From positions 1-57,941 of the forward strand of contig JBGPEO010000001.1 in NCBI GenBank assembly GCA_041482895.1: a DNA stretch of 57,941 nucleotides. Reading direction: 5' to 3'. The stretch's first letter is position 1. Each line of letters opens with the position of its first letter. Shown here in pieces: positions 1 to 8,576 of this stretch. The translations under genes were made by a program, and so were the position numbers. Source of the stretch: Candidatus Dormibacteraceae bacterium (GTDB taxonomy: Bacteria > Chloroflexota > Dormibacteria > Dormibacterales > Dormibacteraceae). A model generated the notes under the pieces. It saw only the letters and a program-made list of their open reading frames with translations, was not told the origin of the DNA and ran no database searches.

Positions 1-740
1 ACGACGGCTGAGTCGATGCCGTCGGGCCCGACCAGCAACGGCAGGGTCAGGATGAGGTCCGCGACGAAGCGGGCCATCGGCCCGACCTGGCTGCGTGGAT
101 CGGTGAGCCCGCCGGGGAGCGCGTAAGCGCCGGTGCTGGGGATGAGGCCCGTCGTCGGCTTGAGAGCTGCGATGCCACAGTAGTGCGCAGGCATGCGGAT
201 GCTGCCGCCCGAGTCGCTGCCCAGGCCGAGCGGAGAGCCGCCCGCGGCGATGATCGCCGCCTCGCCGCTGCTGCTGGCGCCCGGCGAGCGCGCGATGTCG
301 TACGGGTTGCGCGTCCCTCCGTGCAGCGAGTTCCAGCTGTCGCCGCCGACACCTCCAGGCGGGCAGAGCGTCTTTCCGATCAAGATCGCGCCCGCCGCGC
401 GCATCCGGGCAACGACGGTGGCGTCCCGATCGGGGATGTTGCTCCGCAACATGCGAAGCCCGGCGGTGGTCGGAAGCCCGGCGGTGTCGAAGATGTCTTT
501 GGCGGTGAAGGGCACGCCGTGCAGCGGGCCGAGCACGGCCTTCCGATTGCTCCCCTTGCGATCGGCCGCGCGCGCCTGTTTGAGCGCGCTCTCGCCCGTG
601 GCGAAGACCACCGCGTTGAGTCGCGGGTTGACCGTGTGAATGTGCTCGAGGTGCGCCCGCACCACCTCGAGCGAGGAAACCTGTTTCGTCCGAATCGCAC
701 GCGCCAGCCAGCCGGCGGGCGCGCCGATGATGTCTCTCAT
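1..740 (-). CDS. Amidase-signature family amidase (partial; 3' end beyond window edge)
   Basis: The minus-strand frame is open to position 1, so it is absent from the ORF track. My translation from ATG at 740 reads MRDIIGAPAGWLARAIRTKQVSSLEVV...GKTLCPPGG...SPGASSSGEAAIIAAGGSPLGLGSDSGGSIRMPAHYCGIAALKPT, which carries the amidase signature (Gly/Ser-rich block plus GSDxGGSIRxP). Confidence 0.85.
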   Translation of the reverse strand, partial: MRDIIGAPAGWLARAIRTKQVSSLEVVRAHLEHIHTVNPRLNAVVFATGESALKQARAADRKGSNRKAVLGPLHGVPFTAKDIFDTAGLPTTAGLRMLRSNIPDRDATVVARMRAAGAILIGKTLCPPGGVGGDSWNSLHGGTRNPYDIARSPGASSSGEAAIIAAGGSPLGLGSDSGGSIRMPAHYCGIAALKPTTGLIPSTGAYALPGGLTDPRSQVGPMARFVADLILTLPLLVGPDGIDSAV

Positions 741-975
741 CAGTGCCTCGACCCTGCGGTCCGCCGCATATTCGCGGCATCGGCGGCCGGAGCCAAGGAG
801 ACGACGAGCACGTGAGGGAGCGCTTCGCGTAGATGCGTGACCGAACGCGAGCAGGAGTCGACGCAGGCTTCAGCGCCCGTCCGGGGTCCCCGCGAAATCG
901 ACGATTTCGCGGGGTGGGCAGGCGCCCGACCGCCTGGGCCGCGAAGATGCAAGGAACGTCGGGGTCGAGGCACTG
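741..975 (-). promoter_or_regulatory. Structured 5' leader element, copy 1 (candidate cis-regulatory RNA; MITE not excluded)
   Basis: Shares two long near-identical blocks with 42644..42903. A 14-bp perfect closing helix pairs RNA 5' CAGUGCCUCGACCC with GGGUCGAGGCACUG immediately before the amidase AUG, and this helix contains the GAGG Shine-Dalgarno. There is an internal 12-13 bp hairpin CCCCGCGAAAUCG/CGAUUUCGCGGGG (888..914). Confidence 0.45.
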
Positions 976-990
976 TCACGGGGAGTAACG

Positions 991-1701
991 CTATACCTTG
1001 TCTCCGGGGTTGATATCCAGCACTTTGACACCGGGGCCGACAAGGTCCTGTAGCTCTTTTGGCCGGCCGGCGAGTGCCGGGAACGTGCCGAAATGCATGG
1101 GCACCACCGTCTTGACGCCAAGCAGCGAGACTGCTTTGGCGGCGCGGTCCGGTCCCATCGTGTAGAAGCCGCCGATCGGCAGGAATGCCACGTCGAACTC
1201 GCTCAGCTCGGAGATGAGCGCCATGTCGCCAAACACGTCGGTGTCGCCCGCGAAGTAGATGGTGAAACCGTTTTCGAACTCGATCACCAGGCCGCTGGCA
1301 TTCCCGCCGTAGATGATCTTGTCGCCGTCCGAGATGCCGCAGCTGTGCTCGGCGTGCACCAACGTGACCTTGATGCCGTCCACGTCGACAGTGCCGCCCG
1401 TGTTGATGCCCATGATGCTGTTGCCGTCAACCCCCTTCGACCCGAGCCAGGCGCTGATCTCGAAGTTGGTCACGATCTTGGGATTGGTCGCCTTCGCGAT
1501 CTCGAGCGCGTCGTGGACATGGTCGAAATGACCATGCGTGATGAGCATGAGGTCGCAGCTGTCGACCTTCTTCAGGGCGTCCGTCGCGACCGGGTTGTTC
1601 ATGACCCAGGGATCGATGTAGATGGTCTTTCCCTTGGCGCTCCGGACCTTCCAGGTCCCATGCCCGATCCACGTGAAGCTGACCTCATTGTTGAGCGCCA
1701 T
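991..1701 (-). CDS. UPF0173-type metal-dependent hydrolase (MBL fold)
   Basis: Inner part of ORF 991..1926, starting at MALNNEVSFTWIGHGTWKV. It has HGHFDH and HAEHS motifs typical of beta-lactamase-fold hydrolases. GGGAGG lies 6-7 nt upstream of the ATG at 1701. Confidence 0.85.
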   Translation of the reverse strand: MALNNEVSFTWIGHGTWKVRSAKGKTIYIDPWVMNNPVATDALKKVDSCDLMLITHGHFDHVHDALEIAKATNPKIVTNFEISAWLGSKGVDGNSIMGINTGGTVDVDGIKVTLVHAEHSCGISDGDKIIYGGNASGLVIEFENGFTIYFAGDTDVFGDMALISELSEFDVAFLPIGGFYTMGPDRAAKAVSLLGVKTVVPMHFGTFPALAGRPKELQDLVGPGVKVLDINPGDKV

Positions 1702-2959
1702 TCGGTACCTCCCTCTCGATAGCCCTGCCCTCCGGTGGACCGACCTCCCGGAAAAGGCGATTTTCCCACACGCCGAGAACGAAGATGCCGATCGCCGCGA
1801 TCGTCCAGATGTTGGGGAAGATGAGGTCGCACGGCGCGCGATAGAACCCGAGCAGGAGGATGACCAGGACCGCGAGCGAACCGAATCTTCGCTGCTCGAT
1901 CCCGCGCACGACGAGCAGGAGGACAAGCGGCAGCAGCGGCAGCCATTGGTACGGCCAGACCTCGTTGGGAATCAGGGCCCCGAGAGCGAAGCCCATCGAC
2001 ATGCCGTAAGCCGCGTTCCATCCGCTGCGCCAGGCGGCCCACGTCGCCGCCGCCGCGAAGACGAGGGCGCTCGTATAAGAAAGCGCGAGCGCCACCGCCG
2101 GCAGATGCACCGGCGAGGTGACGAGAACGTAGCCGGTGCTCGTGGGCTGCGCGTACTGCTCCCCGCCGATCGTGCGCATGAACAACGTGCGGACCGAGTC
2201 GTAAGCGCAGTCGGGATTGTGCGACGCAAGCGAAGGGAGCAGCACGTGCTGGAAGTAGAAGACGGCGCCGCCAAGCCCGAGCGGCACAAAGCTCGCGACG
2301 GTGACGAAAACCAGCACGGCGGCAAGAGCCACCGCGTAACGGATCCGATGCTCGGGGCGTGTGCCGATCACCATCGCGGCCGGGTAGTACTTGAGCGCTG
2401 CGACCAGCCCGCCTGCGGCGCCCGCGAGCGCCGGGCGGTTCGCCTCGAGTGAGATCGAGGCGATCGCCCCCAGCAGCAGCACGCCGCCACGCTGGCCGGC
2501 GACCACGTCCGAGAACAGCGGCGGGAAGTACGCCGCCACCATCCAGAACGCGGGCCGTGCCAGCGGATGCCGGCTCGCGACCAATCGGTAGAGAAGCAGC
2601 AGCGCGAGCAGCATCGCGACGCCGTCGATACCGGTCCAGACCTGCACGGCGACAAACTTGGGCAGCAGCGCGACCGGGGCCGCAAGGGCCGCCAGCGGAG
2701 GCGGGCTCACGAACTCATCGAGCCCGCCGGGCGGCGCGATGATGTGAAAGCGCGCGATGTACTGCGCAGCCGCGTCGTACATGTGGGAAGGCTCGGTGAT
2801 GTAGGCGTGGGCGCCTTCCCACATGCCCTCGGCGTCGAAGCGACGCGGCGTCAGGATGGTGAGGATCGCCACCCGAAGCCAGAAAGCGGCGGCGATCGCC
2901 CAGTAAAGGGCCGGCCGCCCGAACACGTCGGTGGCGGCACGGCCCAGCCGGCCGATCAA
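1685..2959 (-). CDS. Polytopic membrane protein, DUF2029/GT87-like glycosyltransferase (tentative)
   Basis: 424-aa ORF with many hydrophobic helices. Its overall look (AALKYYPA, long loops) resembles polyprenol-phosphate-sugar-dependent GT87 enzymes. The start is TTG, and an alternative GTG exists at 2926. Confidence 0.55.
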   Translation of the reverse strand: MIGRLGRAATDVFGRPALYWAIAAAFWLRVAILTILTPRRFDAEGMWEGAHAYITEPSHMYDAAAQYIARFHIIAPPGGLDEFVSPPPLAALAAPVALLPKFVAVQVWTGIDGVAMLLALLLLYRLVASRHPLARPAFWMVAAYFPPLFSDVVAGQRGGVLLLGAIASISLEANRPALAGAAGGLVAALKYYPAAMVIGTRPEHRIRYAVALAAVLVFVTVASFVPLGLGGAVFYFQHVLLPSLASHNPDCAYDSVRTLFMRTIGGEQYAQPTSTGYVLVTSPVHLPAVALALSYTSALVFAAAATWAAWRSGWNAAYGMSMGFALGALIPNEVWPYQWLPLLPLVLLLVVRGIEQRRFGSLAVLVILLLGFYRAPCDLIFPNIWTIAAIGIFVLGVWENRLFREVGPPEGRAIEREVPNGAQQ

Positions 2960-2962
2960 ACG

Positions 2963-3026
2963 GCAGCCGCGCGGCGATGGCGCGCGGTCAATCTGCAGCC
3001 GCGCGGCGATGGCGCGCGGTCAATCT
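2963..3026. repeat. Perfect 32-bp tandem duplication (2 units)
   Basis: GCAGCCGCGCGGCGATGGCGCGCGGTCAATCT occurs at 2963..2994 and again at 2995..3026. Each unit carries a 7-bp inverted repeat (CCGCGCG/CGCGCGG). The second unit contains the LysR stop codon. Confidence 0.9.
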
Positions 3027-3949
3027 GTCGGAGGTCTGAGGTGGCCTCGCGCATCGTTGCGCGTGAGCCAGCTCGTGTCCTTCAAGAATTCGATGAAAGC
3101 TAGCACGGACGCCGGGAGGCGGCGCCTGCGCAAGTGCACGATGTGCCAGTCGCGGCGGATGGGGAAACCGCGCACGTTCAGCTCGACCAGGCGGTGGCCC
3201 GATAGTTCGAGCGCGCACGCGTAGCGCGAGATCACGGCCAGGCCGAGCCCCGATTCGACGGCATGCTTGATCGCTCCATTGGATCCGAGCTCCATGGCGA
3301 CATCCAGCTTCGCTCCCGCCTTGCGCGCCGCTTTCTCGAGCGACCACCGGCTGCCCGAGGCCGGCTCGCGCATCACGAAAGGTTGGTGCTCGAGGTCCTT
3401 CAGGCCGAGCGCCCGGCGTCCGGCCAGCTTGTGGCCGGCGGGCGCGATGACGATGAGCTCGTCGCTCACGAAAGGAAGAATCGCCAGGTCGGGATCCTTG
3501 AGCGCCGGCCCGACGACTGCGAGGTCGAGCTCGTTGGCGAGCACCTGCTCCTGGACTCGAGCCCGCGTGCCGATCTCGAGCGAGATGACAAGACCCGGAT
3601 GAAGCTTCTTGAAGGCGCCGAGCGCCGCGGGTAGCAGGTAGATCCCGACCGTTGTGCTCGCGCCGACGCGCAGGTTGCCGCGCTTGATGCCGCGCATCTC
3701 TTCGAGCGCAAGCGATGCCTCGTCGAGCACGTCCAGGGTTCGTCTCGCATACGAATAGAGGACGGTGCCGGCCTCGGTCAGGTGCACCTGGCGGCCGAGA
3801 CGATCCAGGAGCGGCAGGCCGATCGCCTCCTCGAGCTCCTTGACCTGGTATGAAACCGACGGCTGGCTGAGGCGCAGCTGCTGCGCGGCGAGGCTGAAGC
3901 TGTTGAGGTCGGCAACCGTCTTGAAGGTGCGTAGCTGGCGCAGAGTCAC
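3020..3949 (-). CDS. LysR-family transcriptional regulator
   Basis: ORF 3020..4087 contains TLRQLRTFKTVADLNSFSLAAQQLRLSQPSVSYQVKELEE (LysR wHTH) and a C-terminal substrate-binding domain. GTG at 3949 gives the canonical N-terminus. The longer ATG start at 4087 would overlap the divergent carboxylase gene. Confidence 0.85.
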   Translation of the reverse strand: MTLRQLRTFKTVADLNSFSLAAQQLRLSQPSVSYQVKELEEAIGLPLLDRLGRQVHLTEAGTVLYSYARRTLDVLDEASLALEEMRGIKRGNLRVGASTTVGIYLLPAALGAFKKLHPGLVISLEIGTRARVQEQVLANELDLAVVGPALKDPDLAILPFVSDELIVIAPAGHKLAGRRALGLKDLEHQPFVMREPASGSRWSLEKAARKAGAKLDVAMELGSNGAIKHAVESGLGLAVISRYACALELSGHRLVELNVRGFPIRRDWHIVHLRRRRLPASVLAFIEFLKDTSWLTRNDARGHLRPPTD

Positions 3950-4009
3950 GGAGCGGTCGATGTCCAGCCGGGGGCCGTATTCGGGCACGGCGCCTACGAT
4001 ATATGCGCT

Positions 4010-5647
4010 ATGGCTGCAAGGAGACCTAAATCGCTGACGCCCGTTCGCAGGACGACTCCCACCCTCGAAGGTGTCGAAGCTCCCCACCGGGCTCGAACCA
4101 CCGTCTCAGAACAGAAGATCAACCAGTACCGCAAGCGTCGCTACCAGGCCCTGCATGCGGAAACCGAGGCCGCCAACCGGCGGCGCGCGGCGGGCAAGGC
4201 GACCGCGCGGGACCGCATCGAGATGCTCCTCGACAACGGATCGTTCGTGGAGCTCGACGTGTTCGCGAAACATCGCGCGCATGGGTTCGGCATGGATGAA
4301 CGGCGGATCTCGGGTGACGGCGTGGTCGCCGGTTTCGGCGAGATCGATCGCCGCCCGGTCGCGGTTTACGCGTACGACGCGACCGTCTTCGGCGGTTCCC
4401 TGGGCGAGGTCACAGCGGAGAAGATCGTCAAGGTCCAGGAGCTGGCTCTGCGCAACCGCGTGCCGATTATCGGCATCAACGACTCTGGTGGCGCGCGCAT
4501 ACAGGAGGGCGTTGTCGCGCTGGCGGGCTACGCCGACATCTTCCTCCGCAACGTGCGCTCGTCCGGCGTGATTCCGCAGCTCAGCGTCATCGCCGGACCG
4601 TGCACCGGCGGCGCGGTTTACTCGCCGGCGATCACCGATTTCATCTTCATCATCGCGGGCCAGGGATACATGTTCATCACCGGCCCGGAGGTGATCCGGG
4701 TCGTGACGGGCGAGTCGGTCTCCTTCGACGAGCTGGGCGGCGGCGACGTACACAACGCGACGTCGGGAGTTGCACATTTCCTGCCCCAGACCGAAGAGGA
4801 TTGCGCGGCCGGCGTGCGCAAACTCCTGTCCTACCTGCCGTCCTCGAACGGCGAAGCCCCACCGTTCATCCCGACCAGCGACGACCTCGAGCGAGCCGAT
4901 CCTGAGCTGCAGACGATCGTCCCGGAATCGCCCAACAAGCCGTACGACATGCGCGAGCTGGTCGCACGTGTCCTCGATAATCGCGAGTTCTTCGAGGTGC
5001 AGCCTTTCTTTGCGCCGAACATCATCGTCGGGCTTGGCCGGCTAGGCGGCCACGTCGTCGGCATCGTCGGCAACCAGCCCAAGGTGCTGGCCGGGGCGAT
5101 AGACATCAACGCGTCGGTCAAGGCAGCCAGGTTCATCAGGTTCTGCGACGCGTTCGGAATCCCGATCATCTCGTTCGTCGACGTCCCGGGGTACCTGCCC
5201 GGGCGCGACCAGGAGCACGGGGGGATCATCCGGCACGGCGCCAAGCTTCTCTACGCCTATGCGGAGGCCACCGTGCCGAAGCTGACGGTGATCACGCGCA
5301 AGGACTACGGAGGCGCCTACTGCGTCATGTCCCCAAAGCAGATGGGAGCGGACCTCAACCTCGCGTGGCCGACCGCCGAGATCGCGGTCATGGGACCCGA
5401 GGCCGCGGTCAACATCATCTACAGGCGCGACCTCGCCGGCGCGAAAGATCCCGCCATGCGGCGCAAGGAGCTCGTCGCTGAGTACACGGCGAAGTTCGCC
5501 AACCCGTACGTGGCTGCGGAGCGGGGATACATCGACGACGTGATCGAGCCGAGCCAGACGAGGCGCGAGCTGGTCCGGGGTCTTCAGCTCTGCTTGCGCA
5601 AGACGGTCGAACGGCCGCCGCGCAAGCACGGAAACATCCCGCTCTAG
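4010..5647 (+). CDS. Acyl-CoA (propionyl/methylmalonyl-type) carboxylase carboxyltransferase beta subunit
   Basis: 545-aa ORF with the typical N- and C-terminal carboxyltransferase halves (RDRIEMLLDNGSFVELD, GGARIQEGV, ITGPEVI, PGYLPGRDQEHGGIIRHGAKLLYAY). Confidence 0.9.
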   Translation: MAARRPKSLTPVRRTTPTLEGVEAPHRARTTVSEQKINQYRKRRYQALHAETEAANRRRAAGKATARDRIEMLLDNGSFVELDVFAKHRAHGFGMDERRISGDGVVAGFGEIDRRPVAVYAYDATVFGGSLGEVTAEKIVKVQELALRNRVPIIGINDSGGARIQEGVVALAGYADIFLRNVRSSGVIPQLSVIAGPCTGGAVYSPAITDFIFIIAGQGYMFITGPEVIRVVTGESVSFDELGGGDVHNATSGVAHFLPQTEEDCAAGVRKLLSYLPSSNGEAPPFIPTSDDLERADPELQTIVPESPNKPYDMRELVARVLDNREFFEVQPFFAPNIIVGLGRLGGHVVGIVGNQPKVLAGAIDINASVKAARFIRFCDAFGIPIISFVDVPGYLPGRDQEHGGIIRHGAKLLYAYAEATVPKLTVITRKDYGGAYCVMSPKQMGADLNLAWPTAEIAVMGPEAAVNIIYRRDLAGAKDPAMRRKELVAEYTAKFANPYVAAERGYIDDVIEPSQTRRELVRGLQLCLRKTVERPPRKHGNIPL

Positions 5648-7638
5648 CGAACAGTCGCGTTCGCGGAGCGTCGAAGGCGCTCCGACTTCCTGCAGAACTC
5701 GTCGACAGTGACGACGAATTCAGCGTGCGACCACGTGAGCGGCGACACCGACAGCGGCGCGCCCGTGTTGGGGTCGAGCTGCTCCGAGAGCAGGCCGCCT
5801 GGAAGCTGGTGCGCCGCCACCCAGTTGATGATGTCTTGCGCGGGCTGGAGCTCGCCGGTGTCATTGGCGATGGCGATGTACCACTGCGCGAGCCACATCG
5901 TGCACATGAACCATGGGTTTCCCGGAACCTTCCTGGTGTCGGGCTCTACTTTGAAGTAATAGTCGTCCTGGTATCTCGCGATGCCACCGGACGCCGCCTT
6001 GTTCGAAAGCTGATCGCGGATCGCGTTCATCGTGTCGGTGATCCGCTGGTCGGTCGGGGGATACATGCCGAAGCGCCACAGCCCGTAGATCGCGCTGTCG
6101 AGGATCATGTCCACCGTCTCGGTTCCGTCCTCCTCGATGGCGATGCGGCGAGCGAAGCGACCGAGCTCCGCGCTGTACAGGTGCGTGTCCGCCGCCTTGC
6201 GGAGGCGGTCCGCCGCATCGCGGTACCGGACGTAGGCCGCGACGTCCCCGAACAGGTCGGCGAAGTTGCGCGCCGCGTCGAGCCCGCCCCACACCGCGCC
6301 GACCGTGAAGGCATGGATTCCCCAGCGCTCCTCCCAGAGGTCCCAGGACGGCAACAAGAGCCCGTTCCGCTGGTCGACGTACGAGACCATCCATTCCGCG
6401 GCCGGCACGACCAGCGTCGTGTACAGGCCGACCACAAAGTCGAGGTTGCCGTGAATCCGGTAGTGCTGCCAGAGGGCCCACAGCACGAGGCCGGTCTCGT
6501 CCTCCTGGATTGGCAGCGTCCTGGTTCCATGAGAGTCGACCCACGGCAGCCAGGAGCTGCCCGGCAGGCAGTAAGGCGTGTACTTGTGGAGGAAGAAGCC
6601 CTCTTCCACCAGCGCCTGCTGGCAGAACTGGAAGAACTGCCGCGTGATGTCCTCATGGCCGGCCCTGTCGAGCGCGTTCGCGACTAGCGCGCCGTCCCGC
6701 GGCCACGCGTACGCATATGTGTCGCGAGCGAACTTCGTGATGTCGAAGTCGGTGGACGCGATGATCGCGCCATGGTTGTCGGCGTGGGTGCGCGCGGTGA
6801 GGATGCTGCGCCGGTACAGCTGAGTCACGTCCGAGCCAAGCTCCTCGTCGATGTGGCGGTGGTCCTTCTCGACCCACACGTGCCAGTACGTGATGGTCCG
6901 GCCGTGATAGGTGTCCGGCCCGCGGCTCACGATCAGGTCCTGGCCGTACGAGGTGACCTCGCTCAGCCGGGTGCCCATGCAAACCCAGTGAGTCAGGGTG
7001 CTGGACCCAAGGGGCTTCGCCGGGGCGAGGTCGAACCCGACTGTGCAGTCCACGGAGCCCTGCTCGATCGGGTTTCGGCCCAATATCCCGTCCTCGGCGT
7101 CGACCCACGTGCCGGCCAGGCCATTTCCTTTCTTGCCGTTGGCCCAGGTGTCGATCCCGAACTCCGGTCCGCTGTCGCCGCCAACGAGGAAATAGCGGTT
7201 TCCCTTGTAGGCGATGATCCCTCGGTGCCGCGGGTCGAACGCCACGGTGTTGCCGATGTCCGAGCCCTCGATGAACCAGTCGTAGTGAAAGAAGACGCGG
7301 CCCGTGTTGAAGCCGGCCGAAGACTGGACCTCGACGTTGCGAATGAACCAGTTGCGGGCGAGATCGACGTAGTCCGCGAATTTGACCGTGATCCCGAGGC
7401 CGGGGTGCTTCAGCGTGACGTCGCTGACCAACGAATCCTCGGCGTAGCCGAGGCGCCGGTCCCATGCCGGGTCGTCAAGCCATGCGAACTTGCCGTCGAT
7501 GAAGAAGCCGGTGCGGCAGACGTTGCCCATCGTCTGGTTGGCGTCGCCGACACGCGGGAAGTAGAGATCGCGAACTGAATAGGTCGCGTCGAAGCCCACC
7601 AGGACGTTGCCATTTCCGATGACGAGGCTTCTGGGCAC
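5644..7638 (-). CDS. Glycoside hydrolase family 15 (glucoamylase/trehalase-like)
   Basis: 664-aa ORF. The N-terminal MPRSLVIGNGNVLVGFD beta-sandwich and C-terminal (alpha/alpha)6 region (WPRDGA, LWEERWG, WSHAEF) are typical of actinobacterial GH15 enzymes. The start is GTG. Confidence 0.85.
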   Translation of the reverse strand: MPRSLVIGNGNVLVGFDATYSVRDLYFPRVGDANQTMGNVCRTGFFIDGKFAWLDDPAWDRRLGYAEDSLVSDVTLKHPGLGITVKFADYVDLARNWFIRNVEVQSSAGFNTGRVFFHYDWFIEGSDIGNTVAFDPRHRGIIAYKGNRYFLVGGDSGPEFGIDTWANGKKGNGLAGTWVDAEDGILGRNPIEQGSVDCTVGFDLAPAKPLGSSTLTHWVCMGTRLSEVTSYGQDLIVSRGPDTYHGRTITYWHVWVEKDHRHIDEELGSDVTQLYRRSILTARTHADNHGAIIASTDFDITKFARDTYAYAWPRDGALVANALDRAGHEDITRQFFQFCQQALVEEGFFLHKYTPYCLPGSSWLPWVDSHGTRTLPIQEDETGLVLWALWQHYRIHGNLDFVVGLYTTLVVPAAEWMVSYVDQRNGLLLPSWDLWEERWGIHAFTVGAVWGGLDAARNFADLFGDVAAYVRYRDAADRLRKAADTHLYSAELGRFARRIAIEEDGTETVDMILDSAIYGLWRFGMYPPTDQRITDTMNAIRDQLSNKAASGGIARYQDDYYFKVEPDTRKVPGNPWFMCTMWLAQWYIAIANDTGELQPAQDIINWVAAHQLPGGLLSEQLDPNTGAPLSVSPLTWSHAEFVVTVDEFCRKSERLRRSANATVR

Positions 7639-7764
7639 TTGTATGCGCGGCCAATCCTAGGGGAAGCGCCCGGGGACGGCCATTAACAACCTGGGTTTCC
7701 GCGCCGGGCCGCGCCTCCCTACAATCGCGGCAATCGCTTCCCGCAAACAACGGAGCACAACGTC

Positions 7765-8283
7765 TTGGAACACGATTCGAACGAGTTTCGGCCACCCGTA
7801 CGCATAGTCGCCTCGCGGCAGCGCCGCAGAACCGTAACCGCCCGCCTGCGCTCAGGCGTCCTCGAGCTGCTCGTGCCTTCGTCCATGCCTCATGCCGAGC
7901 GGGAGCAATGGGCGGAAAGGATGCGACAGCGCCTCGAGCGCCGGATGCGTCGATTCCGCCCCACCGACGAGCGGCTCGCCGAGCGTGCGCGAGCTCTCAA
8001 CCTCCGGCATTTCGGCGGCCGCCTGCGGTGGACGTCGATCGGTTATGCCGAGATGTCCCATACGTGGGGAAGCTGCACCTTCACCGTCGGGGCGATCCGT
8101 ATCGCCAGGCGCGCGGCGGCGCTGCCGGACTGGGTGCTGGACTACCTGCTGATGCACGAGCTGGCCCACCTCGAGCACAGCGACCACGGGCCGGCATTCC
8201 ACGAGCTCGAGAATCGCTACCCGTTGACGGAGCGGGCGAAGGGCTTCCTTATGGCCATCGACGTCGGGGCTGCTAGGGCCTAA
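7765..8283 (+). CDS. DUF45/YgjP-like M48-type metal-dependent hydrolase
   Basis: 172-aa ORF with WGSCT and HELAHLEH (HExxH) motifs. Confidence 0.75.
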   Translation: MEHDSNEFRPPVRIVASRQRRRTVTARLRSGVLELLVPSSMPHAEREQWAERMRQRLERRMRRFRPTDERLAERARALNLRHFGGRLRWTSIGYAEMSHTWGSCTFTVGAIRIARRAAALPDWVLDYLLMHELAHLEHSDHGPAFHELENRYPLTERAKGFLMAIDVGAARA

Positions 8284-8576
8284 GGACGACCTTAAGCACG
8301 GGGGAGGCAGGCCTCCCCCGTGGAGCCCCCTCCCGTAAGACGTTGCCTGGAGGCGCCTGGAAGGGGCATAAGGGACGGCCGGAGTAAATCCGGCCTAGGG
8401 CTCCCCTAGAGGTACGTGTTCTAGGGAGTAAGGACGATCTTAAGCACGGGGGAGGCAGGCCTCCCCCGTGGAGCCCCCTCCCGTAACACGTTGCCTGGAG
8501 GCGCCTGGAAGGGGCATAAGGGACGGCCGGAGTAAATCCGGCCTGGGGCTCCCCTAGAGGTACGTGTTCTAGGGAG
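8281..8576 (+). repeat. Tandem pair (148-bp period) of the GGCCGGAGTAAATCCGGCC repeat family
   Basis: Units at 8281..8428 and 8429..8576 differ at only a few positions. Each contains the hairpins CACGGGGGAGG-cagg-CCTCCCCCGTG, GGCCGGA-gtaaa-TCCGGCC and CTAGGG-ctc-CCCTAG. A third partial unit start (TAAGGACGATCTT, 8577) is the 3' end of the ADH gene. Confidence 0.9.

Noticed and set aside
915-945. A ZTP (pfl) riboswitch-like 3' motif on the plus strand (CCCGACCGCCTGGGCC resembles the conserved CCG..CGCCUGGGC), attractive because folE is one-carbon related.
   Set aside because: The 5' pfl sub-domain (UGACUGGCG...GGGAAACC...) is absent. The motif simply forms a local hairpin (CAGGCG/CGCCTG). No plus-strand gene follows copy 1. 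Both copies are oriented and positioned for the minus-strand genes.
8281-8576. Possible CRISPR array, because of the regular direct repeats.
   Set aside because: There are only two full units, with a 148-bp period and no unique spacers between short repeats. The whole unit is repeated and belongs to a dispersed repeat family. No cas genes are in the window.
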